DNA of 64,000 bases from an uncultured Pelagibacteraceae bacterium (GTDB lineage: Bacteria; Pseudomonadota; Alphaproteobacteria; Pelagibacterales; Pelagibacteraceae): the NCBI GenBank assembly GCA_902528735.1, contig CABZTP010000004.1, positions 5,204-69,203 of the forward strand, given 5' to 3'. The notes beneath the pieces were generated by a model. It saw nothing but the letters and a program-made list of their open reading frames with translations, made no database searches and was not told the DNA's origin. Shown here in pieces: positions 1-10,354 of this stretch. Numbering within the stretch: the first letter of the stretch is position 1; each line of letters begins with the position of its first letter. A program made the position numbers and the translations under genes.

Positions 1-486
1 CTATTTAATAATAATGTCGTTTTACCAAATTCAAAAATATTTTCAGCTTTCATAAGTATATTATTTGCGATTTGTTTAGTAATTTATATGAAAAAATCTA
101 AGCTTGGCCGTGCTATCAGAGCTACAGCTCAAAATGCAAGAGCTGCTAAAATTTTAGGTGTAGACACAGAAAAAGTTTATGCAGCTACTTTTGGCATTAA
201 CGCTGCTCTTTGTGGTGTTGCAGGTGCATTAATATCCATTACTTTTACAATTCATCCATATATGGGACTTCCTTATACAATTAGATCTTTTATGATTGTG
301 ATTATTGCAGGATTAGGCAATTTACCAGGAGTTGCAATGTCAGGAATGGGCCTAGGTGTGTTTGAAGAGTTTGCAGACTACATACTTGGTACTGAATTTA
401 GAATTGGATCAGTATTTTTATTATTAGTTTTAATATTAGTTTATAGAAGATTTAAGCTTTCAAGAAAAAGAGAGTATTTAAAATGA
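1..486 (+). CDS. livH: Liv/HAAT-type ABC transporter permease (LivH-like), 5'-truncated by window edge
   Basis: Frame is open from base 1 (LFNNNVVLPNSKIF...). Motifs LGRAIRATAQNARAAKILGV and IIAGLGNLPG. Confidence 0.9.
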   Translation, partial: LFNNNVVLPNSKIFSAFISILFAICLVIYMKKSKLGRAIRATAQNARAAKILGVDTEKVYAATFGINAALCGVAGALISITFTIHPYMGLPYTIRSFMIVIIAGLGNLPGVAMSGMGLGVFEEFADYILGTEFRIGSVFLLLVLILVYRRFKLSRKREYLK

Positions 487-665
487 GGAAGGTTAAAATT
501 AAAGATAACCAAGGTAAATTAATTGAAGTTGATATAGTTAAATTCAAAAAACATATAGATGAATACCACTCAAATGGCTCAAGTGTTCATGAAGAAGATG
601 GGCATTATTTTACAATTAACCAAAATTTTAGAAACAAAATATTAAATCTTTATGAACAAAAATAA
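483..665 (+). CDS. Small soluble His-rich hypothetical protein (60 aa) inside the liv operon
   Basis: ATGA overlap with the livH stop, overlaps the livM start, fills the whole gap. Confidence 0.7.
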   Translation: MRKVKIKDNQGKLIEVDIVKFKKHIDEYHSNGSSVHEEDGHYFTINQNFRNKILNLYEQK

Positions 666-1704
666 TTTACTTTTATATATTGGAATTTTAATATTTGGTA
701 TTGCTGCTCCATTTATATTTCCAGCTTTTAAAGTACAGTTATCTATTCTTTGTGTATTAATTGTTCTTGCTACAACTTGGAATATTCAAGGTGGTGAGAT
801 GGGGTATAATTCATTTGGAAATATACTATTTTATGGTCTTGGCATGTATCTTTGTGCCTCCGTGCAAGTTGGAATGTTTTTTCCATTAGCTGAGTGGACA
901 GAAAGTGGAGGTGAAAAAACATTTGTACATACTCCAGCACAATTTTTTCAGGGAATGGCAGTTGGATTGATAGTTGCTGCGGTGGTTCCAACCATTGTAG
1001 CAGGATTAATTGGATACTCTATTTTAGGACTTAGAGGACATTATTTTGCAATTTGCACTTTGGGATTAGGTGTTGCAGCAGGTGAAATTTCTGGAGGGAT
1101 TGAAATTATTGGAGCTGGTCAAGGTTTTACTACTCCACCGTTTCCAGATATTGGAAGCTTAGATTCAAGAGGTGAATTCTTTTATTTCTTAAGTTTTTTT
1201 GTTTTAGTACTGACTTTTTTAGCTGTTAGAGGAATTTACACTACCAGATTTAAATTAATATTAAATGCAATTAGAGATAATGAAGATAAGGCAGAAGCCA
1301 TGGGAATTGAAACAATGAAGTATAAGATTATTGGATGGATGATATCAGCATTCTTTTGTGGTCTCGCTGGAGGTATCATGGGCGGTTTAGTTGGATATAT
1401 TGATTCAACCGATGTTGCTTTTGATGGAAGAGAGATGGGAGTTTTTATGGTATTAATGGCTATACTAGGAGGAAAGGGAACACTTTGGGGACCAATTATT
1501 GGAGCAACAGTATTTCATATCTTCAAAGAGGGCTTTTGGACTTTCTTCTTGGGCTGGCAATATGTTGCTCTTGGAGTTCTGATAGTTGTAATTGTTATTT
1601 ATTTTCCAGAAGGAATTATGGGTTGGTTAAGAGAAAAATACCCCGAAAAATTTGGAGAAGTAATTGATGAAAAAGATCGAAAGGCGCAGGTAGAATTAAA
1701 GTGA
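652..1704 (+). CDS. livM: Liv-type ABC transporter permease (LivM-like)
   Basis: LRGHYFAICTL, AIRDNEDKAEAMGI, ILGGKGTLWGP; multi-TM. Confidence 0.92.
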   Translation: MNKNNLLLYIGILIFGIAAPFIFPAFKVQLSILCVLIVLATTWNIQGGEMGYNSFGNILFYGLGMYLCASVQVGMFFPLAEWTESGGEKTFVHTPAQFFQGMAVGLIVAAVVPTIVAGLIGYSILGLRGHYFAICTLGLGVAAGEISGGIEIIGAGQGFTTPPFPDIGSLDSRGEFFYFLSFFVLVLTFLAVRGIYTTRFKLILNAIRDNEDKAEAMGIETMKYKIIGWMISAFFCGLAGGIMGGLVGYIDSTDVAFDGREMGVFMVLMAILGGKGTLWGPIIGATVFHIFKEGFWTFFLGWQYVALGVLIVVIVIYFPEGIMGWLREKYPEKFGEVIDEKDRKAQVELK

Positions 1705-2441
1705 GTATTCTTGAAGTAGAAAAAGTTAGCAAATCATTTGGAGGAGTAAAAGCAAATGTAGACATTTCAATGAATGTTGAAAAAGGTAAAATAGTTGGAT
1801 TAATTGGCCCTAATGGATCAGGTAAAACTACATTATTTAATTCAATAGTTGGCACTTACCCAATTGATAATGGCTCAATAAAATTTAATGGAAAAGAGGT
1901 TTCGGAATTACCAGTTCCTGTAATAGCAAAACTAGGCTTACTTAGAACATTTCAACAAACTAGAATTTATGGAAAATTAAATTGTGTAGACAACATGTTG
2001 ATTAGTCATAAGGGAAGTGATGAAAGCATATTAAATATTTTTTCTAAAATACCAAAAGAGCTTACAGAAAAAGCTGAAAGTTTGCTGAATTTTGTTGGTT
2101 TATATCAAAAAAGAAAATTGAGAGCCGGAGACTTATCTTTTGGACAGCAAAAGTTGTTAGAATTAGCAATGGCATTAATGAATGAGCCAGAAATGTTATT
2201 ATTAGATGAACCTACAGCAGGTATAAACCCAACTTTAATTAATGGAATCATTGACAGATTAATAAAGGTTAATCAAGATTTTGGTATTACTTTGCTTGTG
2301 ATTGAACACAATATGAGAGTAATTATGCAATTGGCAGAAGATATTTTCTGCTTAGCACACGGAAAAATGCTTGCTAATGGATCTCCTGATCAAATCAAAA
2401 ATGACAAAAGAGTCATAGATGCATATTTGGGGGTTCAATAA
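1701..2441 (+). CDS. livG: Liv-type ABC ATPase (LivG-like)
   Basis: Walker A GPNGSGKT, LSFGQQK, LLLDEP, C-terminal VIDAYLG. Confidence 0.95.
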   Translation: MSILEVEKVSKSFGGVKANVDISMNVEKGKIVGLIGPNGSGKTTLFNSIVGTYPIDNGSIKFNGKEVSELPVPVIAKLGLLRTFQQTRIYGKLNCVDNMLISHKGSDESILNIFSKIPKELTEKAESLLNFVGLYQKRKLRAGDLSFGQQKLLELAMALMNEPEMLLLDEPTAGINPTLINGIIDRLIKVNQDFGITLLVIEHNMRVIMQLAEDIFCLAHGKMLANGSPDQIKNDKRVIDAYLGVQ

Positions 2442-3226
2442 TGTCAAATCAATATGAGGTTTTGGGAAAAGCCCCAGTCGCAGATGATTTAAAGAAATTA
2501 TCAGTTGATGATCTTCATCTTACTATAAAAAATCTAAATGCCGGTTACGGCAAAATGGAAATACTTCATAATTTTGATTTATTTGTTAGCAAAGCACAAT
2601 CTTTATGTTTAATTGGACCGAACGGTGCAGGTAAATCAACAATTTTACATTCAATATATGGTTTTACAAATATTTTTTCTGGACAAATTGAAATTGATGG
2701 AAAAGAAATCACTAACCTTACACCTGCTGAAAAATTAAAGACAGTTGGGATTGCTTATATTCTACAAGATAACTCTGTATTTCCTGACATGACGGTTGAA
2801 GAAAATTTATTAATGGGAGGTTTTATTAAAGACAAAACTGAAGAGTCTTATCAAGAAGCAGAAAAAATATTAGATAAATATGAGAGATTAAGAAATAGGA
2901 GAAGTCAACCTGCAAAAGTTTTATCTGGAGGAGAAAGAAGATTATTAGAAATATCTAGAGCGTTAGTAATGAAGCCATCAGTACTTTTAGTTGATGAACC
3001 TTCCATTGGATTAGAGCCAAAATATATAGATATGGTTTTCGAAATCTTAGGTGATCTACAAAAAAACGAGAAAAAAACTATCATCTTAGTAGAGCAAAAT
3101 GCAAAAAAAGGTTTAGAGTTTTCTGATATTGGCTATGTTCTTGTATCAGGACAAACTGCTATTGCTGGAAGAGGAGATGATTTACTTAAAAATGATGATG
3201 TAGGACGTCTATTTTTAGGTGGATGA
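2441..3226 (+). CDS. livF: Liv-type ABC ATPase (LivF-like)
   Basis: GPNGAGKS, LSGGERR, VDEPSIGL, VEQNA. Confidence 0.95.
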   Translation: MSNQYEVLGKAPVADDLKKLSVDDLHLTIKNLNAGYGKMEILHNFDLFVSKAQSLCLIGPNGAGKSTILHSIYGFTNIFSGQIEIDGKEITNLTPAEKLKTVGIAYILQDNSVFPDMTVEENLLMGGFIKDKTEESYQEAEKILDKYERLRNRRSQPAKVLSGGERRLLEISRALVMKPSVLLVDEPSIGLEPKYIDMVFEILGDLQKNEKKTIILVEQNAKKGLEFSDIGYVLVSGQTAIAGRGDDLLKNDDVGRLFLGG

Positions 3227-3927
3227 TTAATTCGAAATATTTCCTAAAGGGAATTCTTTGTGCAAAAGAATTTGATAGTCCTGCTATTGCTCTTGGTTTA
3301 AGTTTCTTGGCAATTGGGGCTTTATTAAAAAATTTAGGTTTTACAATCCAAGAAAGTATTTTTTCTACATTTCTTACTTACGCATTACCAGGCTCACTTG
3401 TCATGGCTGAATCTATTTTAATTGGAGTGTCATTATTAAATTTATTTTTTGCAGTTTGGTTGGTAAATGCCAGATTATATCCAATGACGGTGTCTTTGAT
3501 GCCATTACTAAAACATGAAAGTCAACCAAAATGGAAATTTTATATTTCTTGCCATTTTGTAGCTGTATCCTCTTGGCTAATACTGCAAAATAATTACAAG
3601 GAAATTGAACAAAGATATCGAGTTGATTTTTGGATCGGGATTGGTACTGCAACATGGTTAATTGCAATTTTTTCAACAATAATTGGATATTATTCAGCTG
3701 ATTTCTTGAATAGAGAAATGTTAATAGGATTGGCTATAATTAATCCTATTTATTTTACGTGTACTATGATTGGTGTCATGAAATCTTTTCAATTAAACAT
3801 TTCAATTATTTTAGGAGCAATACTAGGGCCTTTATTTTATTTTGTAAGTTCTGATTGGTGTGTTTTGATTGGAGGTTTTATAGCTGGAAGTATTGCATTT
3901 TTATTTGGAGAAAAAAATGTCAGTTAA
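3223..3927 (+). CDS. azlC: AzlC-family exporter, large subunit
   Basis: Hydrophobic 234 aa, LVNARLYPM motif, paired with an AzlD-like gene. Confidence 0.8.
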   Translation: MINSKYFLKGILCAKEFDSPAIALGLSFLAIGALLKNLGFTIQESIFSTFLTYALPGSLVMAESILIGVSLLNLFFAVWLVNARLYPMTVSLMPLLKHESQPKWKFYISCHFVAVSSWLILQNNYKEIEQRYRVDFWIGIGTATWLIAIFSTIIGYYSADFLNREMLIGLAIINPIYFTCTMIGVMKSFQLNISIILGAILGPLFYFVSSDWCVLIGGFIAGSIAFLFGEKNVS

Positions 3928-4243
3928 TATAATGTTAATCATCCTCATTACTTCTCTAGCAACATACATTTCTAGATTTTTGGGAGCTTTTACTTCAGAA
4001 GTAATAGATGAAAATACAAAAATATATAGATGGTTTAATTATCTAGCCTACTCAACTTTAGCAGCATTAATATCGAGAATGATAATATTTCCAGCTGGCA
4101 CTCTTGCAGAAAGTAATTATTTATCAAGGTTTATTGTTGTTCTTGCAGCTATTATTATTTTTAAAATTACCAAAAAAAATTTAGTTTACCCAACATTATT
4201 CTCTGCTATCATTATGTTTTTATTAAGTAGTGCAAACATATAA
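3917..4243 (+). CDS. azlD: AzlD-family exporter, small subunit
   Basis: ATG 3917 follows a GGAG Shine-Dalgarno. TYISRFLG motif, about 108 aa, hydrophobic. Confidence 0.75.
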   Translation: MSVNIMLIILITSLATYISRFLGAFTSEVIDENTKIYRWFNYLAYSTLAALISRMIIFPAGTLAESNYLSRFIVVLAAIIIFKITKKNLVYPTLFSAIIMFLLSSANI

Positions 4244-4749
4244 TGAAAAAGTTACTATTTTTACTGTTTTTAATATTTATACCAAATATATCATATTCCG
4301 CGTGTGATGATCCTTTAACAGATGGTGTAGATTATACCAACTGCAGATTTTCAGATGGCCAAGATTTACAGGGCAGTTATTTGCCAAACTCAAATTTATC
4401 ATTTGCAAGTTTTATACAAGTTAATTTTGATAAAAGTATAATGATGACTTCAAATTTGTCATTTGGAACTTTTCCAGAGTCTACTTTTGTCAGAGCAAAT
4501 TTATACGAGTCAACATTGGTTGGTGGAAATTTTGAAAAAGCAAATTTTACAGGAGCAAATATGACAAGAGTTGATTTTATGGGCTCGACATTAATTGAAA
4601 CTAATTTTCAAAATGCAAATTTGATGGAAGCAAACTTTACTTCATCTAATATGACCAATGCAAATTTTGATGGTGCTAATTTAATTGGTGCTACATGGAC
4701 AAACGGTGAAACTTGTGGTCCAAATTCTATTGGAGCATGTAATAAATAA
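4243..4749 (+). CDS. Secreted pentapeptide-repeat protein
   Basis: Signal peptide, A[ND][FL]xx repeats (ANFTG ANMTR, ANLME ANFTS, ANFDG ANLIG), Cys pairs at both ends. Confidence 0.9.
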   Translation: MKKLLFLLFLIFIPNISYSACDDPLTDGVDYTNCRFSDGQDLQGSYLPNSNLSFASFIQVNFDKSIMMTSNLSFGTFPESTFVRANLYESTLVGGNFEKANFTGANMTRVDFMGSTLIETNFQNANLMEANFTSSNMTNANFDGANLIGATWTNGETCGPNSIGACNK

Positions 4750-4752
4750 TAT

Positions 4753-5673
4753 ATGGAGAGCTTAGCAAACATTTCTGGATTTAATATTTCTTTAAGTGAA
4801 TACTCGAAGAGAATTGTAAATATTGAAATTGAAGACGAAATTATTGATAAATTAATCTTTCCTTTCAAAAAATTCGATATTACTGCTCTTGAATACAAAC
4901 CATTTACTAGATTTACATTGGCAAAATCATTAGATGACTCAACATCTGAAAAACTGGGAAAATTTATAAATTCCATAATAAGAGACAGAAATACAGGATG
5001 TTTTGTGATTGGACCAAAAAATACATCAAAAAAAATTGACAATAATTTTTTAATAAAACTTTCTACTGCGGTTACACATTTACTTGGCAATCCAAATTTT
5101 GATTCTATGGCTGGAAAATATTATGCAAGATTTCATGTTAAACATGAGGATAGTAGCGACTCTTATCTTAGAAAAGCTTACACCAATATGGATCTTCACA
5201 CCGATGGAACTTATGTAAAAGAAAAAACAGATTGGCTCTTAATGTTAAAAATGGAAGAAGAAAATGTTCAAGGTGGAGAAACAGCTATGCTTCATCTTGA
5301 TGACTGGGAACATTTAGAAGATTTGACTAATGACAATGTTGGAAAACAAAATTTTGTATGGGGATCGCCTAAAAGCAAAAATGTTGATTACAAGGTTGAA
5401 CATCCTGTTTTTTCAGAAGATGAAAATGGAAAACCAAAAATTTCGTATATTGATCAATTTCCTGAACCAAAAAATATGGAACAAGGTTTATTTTTACAAA
5501 AGTTATCAGACTCATTGGAAGGAAGTCAAAACAAGATTATAATGCCATTACCCGTTGGTTACTCGGTAGTTGCAAATAACTATTTCTGGTTACATGGTAG
5601 AAAACCATTTATCGAAAACAAAAAATTATCAAGAGAATTGCTTAGAATTAGGGGTTCTTTTTTTACTAATTAA
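4753..5673 (+). CDS. csiD: Glutarate 2-hydroxylase (CsiD/GlaH), Fe/2-oxoglutarate dioxygenase
   Basis: DSYLRKAY, LHTDGTYV, LHLDDWEHL, WLHGR and RELLRIRG match the CsiD family. Confidence 0.92.
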   Translation: MESLANISGFNISLSEYSKRIVNIEIEDEIIDKLIFPFKKFDITALEYKPFTRFTLAKSLDDSTSEKLGKFINSIIRDRNTGCFVIGPKNTSKKIDNNFLIKLSTAVTHLLGNPNFDSMAGKYYARFHVKHEDSSDSYLRKAYTNMDLHTDGTYVKEKTDWLLMLKMEEENVQGGETAMLHLDDWEHLEDLTNDNVGKQNFVWGSPKSKNVDYKVEHPVFSEDENGKPKISYIDQFPEPKNMEQGLFLQKLSDSLEGSQNKIIMPLPVGYSVVANNYFWLHGRKPFIENKKLSRELLRIRGSFFTN

Positions 5674-5706
5674 TTAATTTTAGTGATAATAATCAACTAG
5701 GTTATC

Positions 5707-6480
5707 ATGAAAATTGGATTTATTGGTACAGGACATATTACAAAATCAGTAATAAATGGAATTTTAAAGTCAAAATTAAAAATAAATAAAATAGTTGTAT
5801 CTAAAAGAAATATAAAAATCTCAAGTAGTCTCAAAAAAAAAAATAAAAAAATACATATTTCTAACAATAACCAGGATATTATAAACAAATCCGATTGGAT
5901 CTTTTTAGCAGTAACTCCAAATGTAGGAAAAATAATTTTACCAAATCTTGAGTTTAAAACAGGTCAAACTGTAATTAGTTTTATATCTACAATTAATATG
6001 TCAGAATTAAAAAGATATGTTAAGGTCAAAGCGAATATAGTAAGGGCAATTCCACTTCCACCAATTTCAATAAAAAAGGGACCCATTCCGATATTTCCCC
6101 CAGATAGAAGAGTTAAAAAATTTTTTAATGAACTAGGTACAACTATTGAAATTAAAAATGAAAAACTTTCCCTTAATTTTTGGTCTACCTCATCTATGAT
6201 GGCACCATTTTATGAATTACTTCAAATTTTATCTGAATGGTTGGTAAAAAAAGGAATAAATAAAAATGATGCTCAGATATATATTACATCATTGTTTATA
6301 GCGTTGTCTGAAGATGCAAAAATAAATTCAAATAAAGATTTAAAAATACTTGTAAAAAATTCACAAACTCCAAAAGGATTAAATGAACAAGCTGTTAATG
6401 AATTAAGAAATCTTAGATTTTACAAATCACTAAAAAAAACATTGGATAGTGTTTTAAGTCGATTAAAAAAAAGTAAATAA
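5707..6480 (+). CDS. Pyrroline-5-carboxylate reductase-like NAD(P) oxidoreductase
   Basis: IGFIGTG Rossmann motif, IFLAVTP, VRAIP, TPKGLNEQ (ProC SPGGTT equivalent). Confidence 0.8.
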   Translation: MKIGFIGTGHITKSVINGILKSKLKINKIVVSKRNIKISSSLKKKNKKIHISNNNQDIINKSDWIFLAVTPNVGKIILPNLEFKTGQTVISFISTINMSELKRYVKVKANIVRAIPLPPISIKKGPIPIFPPDRRVKKFFNELGTTIEIKNEKLSLNFWSTSSMMAPFYELLQILSEWLVKKGINKNDAQIYITSLFIALSEDAKINSNKDLKILVKNSQTPKGLNEQAVNELRNLRFYKSLKKTLDSVLSRLKKSK

Positions 6481-6481
6481 A

Positions 6482-7270
6482 ATGTCTGAAAATATTTTAC
6501 AGGTTAATAACCTTACAAAGTTATTTGGTGGAATAGCAGCAGTATCAAATTGCTCATTAAATATAAAATCAGGTTCAATAACAGGTATAATTGGACCCAA
6601 TGGTTCAGGAAAAACAACCTTATTTAATTTAATTGCAGGCAATTTAAAATCTAACAAAGGTGAAGTATTATTTAATCAAGAAAATATAACAGACATACCT
6701 TCATATGAATTATTCTCTAAAGGTTTATTAAGAACTTTTCAAATTGCACACGAATTTTCTAATTTAACTGTTTTAGAAAATTTAATGATGGTTCCCCCTA
6801 ATCAAACTGGAGAAAATTTGTTTAATGCAATAATAAAGCCAGGCTTAGTAAAAAAAGAGGAAAATATATTAAGAGAAAAAGCATATGAAGTAGTTGAATT
6901 TTTAAATTTAACTCATTTGGCTAACGAAAGAGCTGGTAATCTTTCTGGGGGCCAAAAAAAATTGCTGGAATTAGGTAGAACAATGATGGTTGATGCAAAA
7001 CTAGTTTTGTTAGACGAAGTAGGTGCTGGTGTCAATCGAACACTATTAAAAGATCTTGGAACAGCGATCTTAAAGCTGAATCAAGATAAAAACTATACAT
7101 TTTGCATGATCGAACACGATATGGATTTTATAAGTAGAATGTGTGATCCAGTGATAGTAATGGCGGATGGAGCAGTACTATTTGAGGGTACTTCTGATGA
7201 AGTTAAGAAAAATGAAAAAGTTATTGAAAGTTATTTAGGCAAATCAAATTTATCTAAAAGAAAGAATTAA
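6482..7270 (+). CDS. livG: Liv-type ABC ATPase (LivG-like)
   Basis: GPNGSGKT, LSGGQKK, LLDEVGAG. Confidence 0.95.
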   Translation: MSENILQVNNLTKLFGGIAAVSNCSLNIKSGSITGIIGPNGSGKTTLFNLIAGNLKSNKGEVLFNQENITDIPSYELFSKGLLRTFQIAHEFSNLTVLENLMMVPPNQTGENLFNAIIKPGLVKKEENILREKAYEVVEFLNLTHLANERAGNLSGGQKKLLELGRTMMVDAKLVLLDEVGAGVNRTLLKDLGTAILKLNQDKNYTFCMIEHDMDFISRMCDPVIVMADGAVLFEGTSDEVKKNEKVIESYLGKSNLSKRKN

Positions 7271-7977
7271 TGGCATATTTCGAGGGATCAATGATGACAG
7301 CTGGATATGGAGATGGTCCTGATATTATTAACTCTTGCACAATCACTGCTAACAAAGGAGAAATAGTTGCTATTCTTGGGCCAAATGGTGCAGGCAAATC
7401 AACAGCCATGAAAGCGATGCTTGGATTATTAAATTTAAAATCAGGTTCAGTGACTTTAAATGGTGAAGATATTTCAAAAATCAATCCACAAGATAGAGTA
7501 AAAAAAGGAATTTCATTTGTGCCACAAACAAGGAATGTATTTGCTGAATTGACAGTTAGAGAAAATTTAGAAATTGGAGGTTTTTTGACTGAAGGAAGTT
7601 TAGATAATAAAATTGAAAGTATTTACAATTTATTCCCAATTTTAAATAAAAAAAATAGTCAGATTGTTGGTCAATTATCTGGTGGCCAAAGACAACAAGT
7701 AGCTTTAGGAAGAGCATTAATGAGTGACCCTTCCGTGCTTATGTTGGATGAACCCACTGCTGGTGTATCACCAATTGTGATGGATGAATTATTTGAACAT
7801 ATTATCAAAGTAAAAAAAACAAATGTTGCAGTTATAATGGTTGAGCAGAATGCAAAACAAGCATTAAGCATATCAGATCGTGGATATGTTTTGGTAACTG
7901 GACAAAATAAATTTGAAGGCTCTGGAGAAGATCTGTTAGAGGATCCAGAGGTTAGGAGATCCTTTTTAGGAGCATAA
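7270..7977 (+). CDS. livF: Liv-type ABC ATPase (LivF-like)
   Basis: GPNGAGKS, LSGGQRQ, LDEPTAG, VEQNA. Confidence 0.95.
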   Translation: MAYFEGSMMTAGYGDGPDIINSCTITANKGEIVAILGPNGAGKSTAMKAMLGLLNLKSGSVTLNGEDISKINPQDRVKKGISFVPQTRNVFAELTVRENLEIGGFLTEGSLDNKIESIYNLFPILNKKNSQIVGQLSGGQRQQVALGRALMSDPSVLMLDEPTAGVSPIVMDELFEHIIKVKKTNVAVIMVEQNAKQALSISDRGYVLVTGQNKFEGSGEDLLEDPEVRRSFLGA

Positions 7978-8987
7978 TGGACATTTTAAATGCTATAATT
8001 GTACTTCTTAACTTTACCATAATTCCTGCTTTAGCTTATGGTTCCCAGTTAGCGCTTGGTGCAATTTTTGTTACTTTGATTTACGCAGTCTTAAGATTTG
8101 CTAATTTCGCAACTGGAGACATGATGTCTTTCGGAACAATGTTTGCAGTAATTTTGACATATTATTTTCAATCTCTAGGTATTGGTTTAGGAATTTTACC
8201 TACAGCACTTTTAACCATCCCTTTTGCAATTTTAATGATGATTTTATATATGTTGATAATAGATAAGTTTGTATTTAGTTACTATAGAATTAAAAAAAGT
8301 CCTCCTGTTCAGTTTGCGATGGTTAGTGTTGGTGTAATGTTTGTAACCCAAGCCTTAATAAGAATAGTGATTGGTCCATCAGATAGAAGATTTTTAGATG
8401 GAGAAAAATTTATTCTAAAAGCAAGTGAATTTAAAGAAATAACTGGTTTGGCTGAAGGTATTACTCTCAAATCTACTCAAGCAATAACAATATTGGTTAC
8501 ATTAATAGTTGTTGCAATAATGTTTTGGTTTTTAAATAGAACGAAAACCGGTACAAGCATGAGAGCTTATTCTGACAATGAAGATCTTGCATTATTATCT
8601 GGAATAGACCCAAAAAAAGTTGTTATGGTGACATGGATAATCGCTGGTATTTTAGCAACAATAGGAGGAGTTTTATATGGTTTAGACAAAAGCTACAGAC
8701 CTTTTGTTTATTTTAATAACATGCTGCCAATTTTTGCTGCTGCAATTGTTGGAGGAATTGGAAATCCATTTGGAGCTTTTTTGGGAGGATATGTAATTGC
8801 GTTTGCAGAAATATTTGTTACTTATGCTTACAAAAAATTTATTTCGTATTTATTACCTGAAAATCTTGAACCAGATTCACTCTTACAACTTTTATCAACA
8901 GATTATAAATTTGCTGTATCGTTTTCAATTTTAGTAATCGTATTATTAATTAGGCCATCTGGAATATTTAAAGGAAAAGTCATATGA
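7977..8987 (+). CDS. livH: Liv-type ABC permease (LivH-like)
   Basis: FANFATGD, GTSMRAYSDNEDLALLSGI, RPSGIF. Confidence 0.92.
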   Translation: MDILNAIIVLLNFTIIPALAYGSQLALGAIFVTLIYAVLRFANFATGDMMSFGTMFAVILTYYFQSLGIGLGILPTALLTIPFAILMMILYMLIIDKFVFSYYRIKKSPPVQFAMVSVGVMFVTQALIRIVIGPSDRRFLDGEKFILKASEFKEITGLAEGITLKSTQAITILVTLIVVAIMFWFLNRTKTGTSMRAYSDNEDLALLSGIDPKKVVMVTWIIAGILATIGGVLYGLDKSYRPFVYFNNMLPIFAAAIVGGIGNPFGAFLGGYVIAFAEIFVTYAYKKFISYLLPENLEPDSLLQLLSTDYKFAVSFSILVIVLLIRPSGIFKGKVI

Positions 8988-10354
8988 GAAATTATAAGAA
9001 CGTAATTGCTGCTTACTCGATAATGACTTTTTTAATAATATTAGTTGGAATTTTCCAATCCTGGACAATAGCATTAACTATTTTGAACTATTGTTTGATT
9101 TCTGCAGTGATGACAATTGGTGCAAATATTCAGTGGGGTTATGCTGGTCTAATAAATTTTGGAATTATGGGATATACAGCGCTTGGTGGTCTTGCAGTTG
9201 TCTTAGTTTCGGTAGAACCCGTCAAGAAAGCCTGGCAAGTTGGAGGTCTAAATATTCTGGCATGTATCTGGATTATAGTCGCTATTATTTTTGTTGTAAG
9301 ATTTTTATTAAAAACTTTTGATAAATCAAAAATCAGAAATTATTCAGTCGCTTTTGTAATATTAGCAGGAATAATTTTATTAAGAATAACGGCAACACCT
9401 GGTATTGAGGCAATAGAGTCTGTAGATCCAGCAAAAACAGGTTTTCTAGGTGGCATGGGAATGCCTGTATTATTCTCTTGGATCGTTGGAGCTTTATTAG
9501 CTGGCAGTTTGGCTTTTATTATAGGAAAAATTGCTCTAGGTTTGAGAGCAGATTATCTTGCAATTGCAACACTTCTAATTGCTGAAATTATAGTATCAAT
9601 TATTAAACATGAAGAGTGGCTAGCGAGAGGTGTTAAAAATGTAATTGGTCTTAAGAGACCAGCACCTTATGAAATTGATTTACAAAACTCAGATTGGTTT
9701 ATTAATTTAGTGGAAAAATTTAATATGTCTAAATTGACCCTAATTAGCTCATTTTCTGAGAGACAAGACGCTTTAAATCAAATGGTCATCAACGCATCAT
9801 CAGTTTATGTAAAATTATGTTTTACTGGATTATTTCTAACAGTTGTAATTATCTTATTAATATTAACTCAAAAAGCTCTTTATTCACCTTGGGGAAGAAA
9901 AATGAGAGCTATTAGAGATAACGAGGAGGCTGCAAGTGCAATGGGTAAAAATATTGTAAAGGAACATCTTCTAATTTTTATATTAGGATCAGCTATTGTC
10001 GGATTAGCAGGCGCTATGATGGTAACAAATGATGGTTTATTTACACCAGGTAGTTATAGACCAATGCGTTATACATTTGTAATTTGGGTAATGGTTATAG
10101 TAGGAGGAACTGGAAACAATTTTGGGGCAATTTTAGGAGGATTTGTAGTATGGTTTTTATGGGTTGAGGCTGCACCAATAGCATTGTTCTTAATAAATCT
10201 TTTTACTTCTCATTTGCCAGAAACTAATGCAATAAGAGCTCATTTAATTGAAAGCGCTCCTTACTTTAGATTTTTAGTAATCGGAATTGGATTGTTATTA
10301 ATAATGCGTTATAGACCACAAGGAATTATTCCAGAAAAAATAGTAAAACAATAA
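8984..10354 (+). CDS. livM: Liv-type ABC permease (LivM-like)
   Basis: QWGYAGLINFG, LRADYLAIATL, AIRDNEEAA, RPQGI. Confidence 0.92.
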   Translation: MRNYKNVIAAYSIMTFLIILVGIFQSWTIALTILNYCLISAVMTIGANIQWGYAGLINFGIMGYTALGGLAVVLVSVEPVKKAWQVGGLNILACIWIIVAIIFVVRFLLKTFDKSKIRNYSVAFVILAGIILLRITATPGIEAIESVDPAKTGFLGGMGMPVLFSWIVGALLAGSLAFIIGKIALGLRADYLAIATLLIAEIIVSIIKHEEWLARGVKNVIGLKRPAPYEIDLQNSDWFINLVEKFNMSKLTLISSFSERQDALNQMVINASSVYVKLCFTGLFLTVVIILLILTQKALYSPWGRKMRAIRDNEEAASAMGKNIVKEHLLIFILGSAIVGLAGAMMVTNDGLFTPGSYRPMRYTFVIWVMVIVGGTGNNFGAILGGFVVWFLWVEAAPIALFLINLFTSHLPETNAIRAHLIESAPYFRFLVIGIGLLLIMRYRPQGIIPEKIVKQ

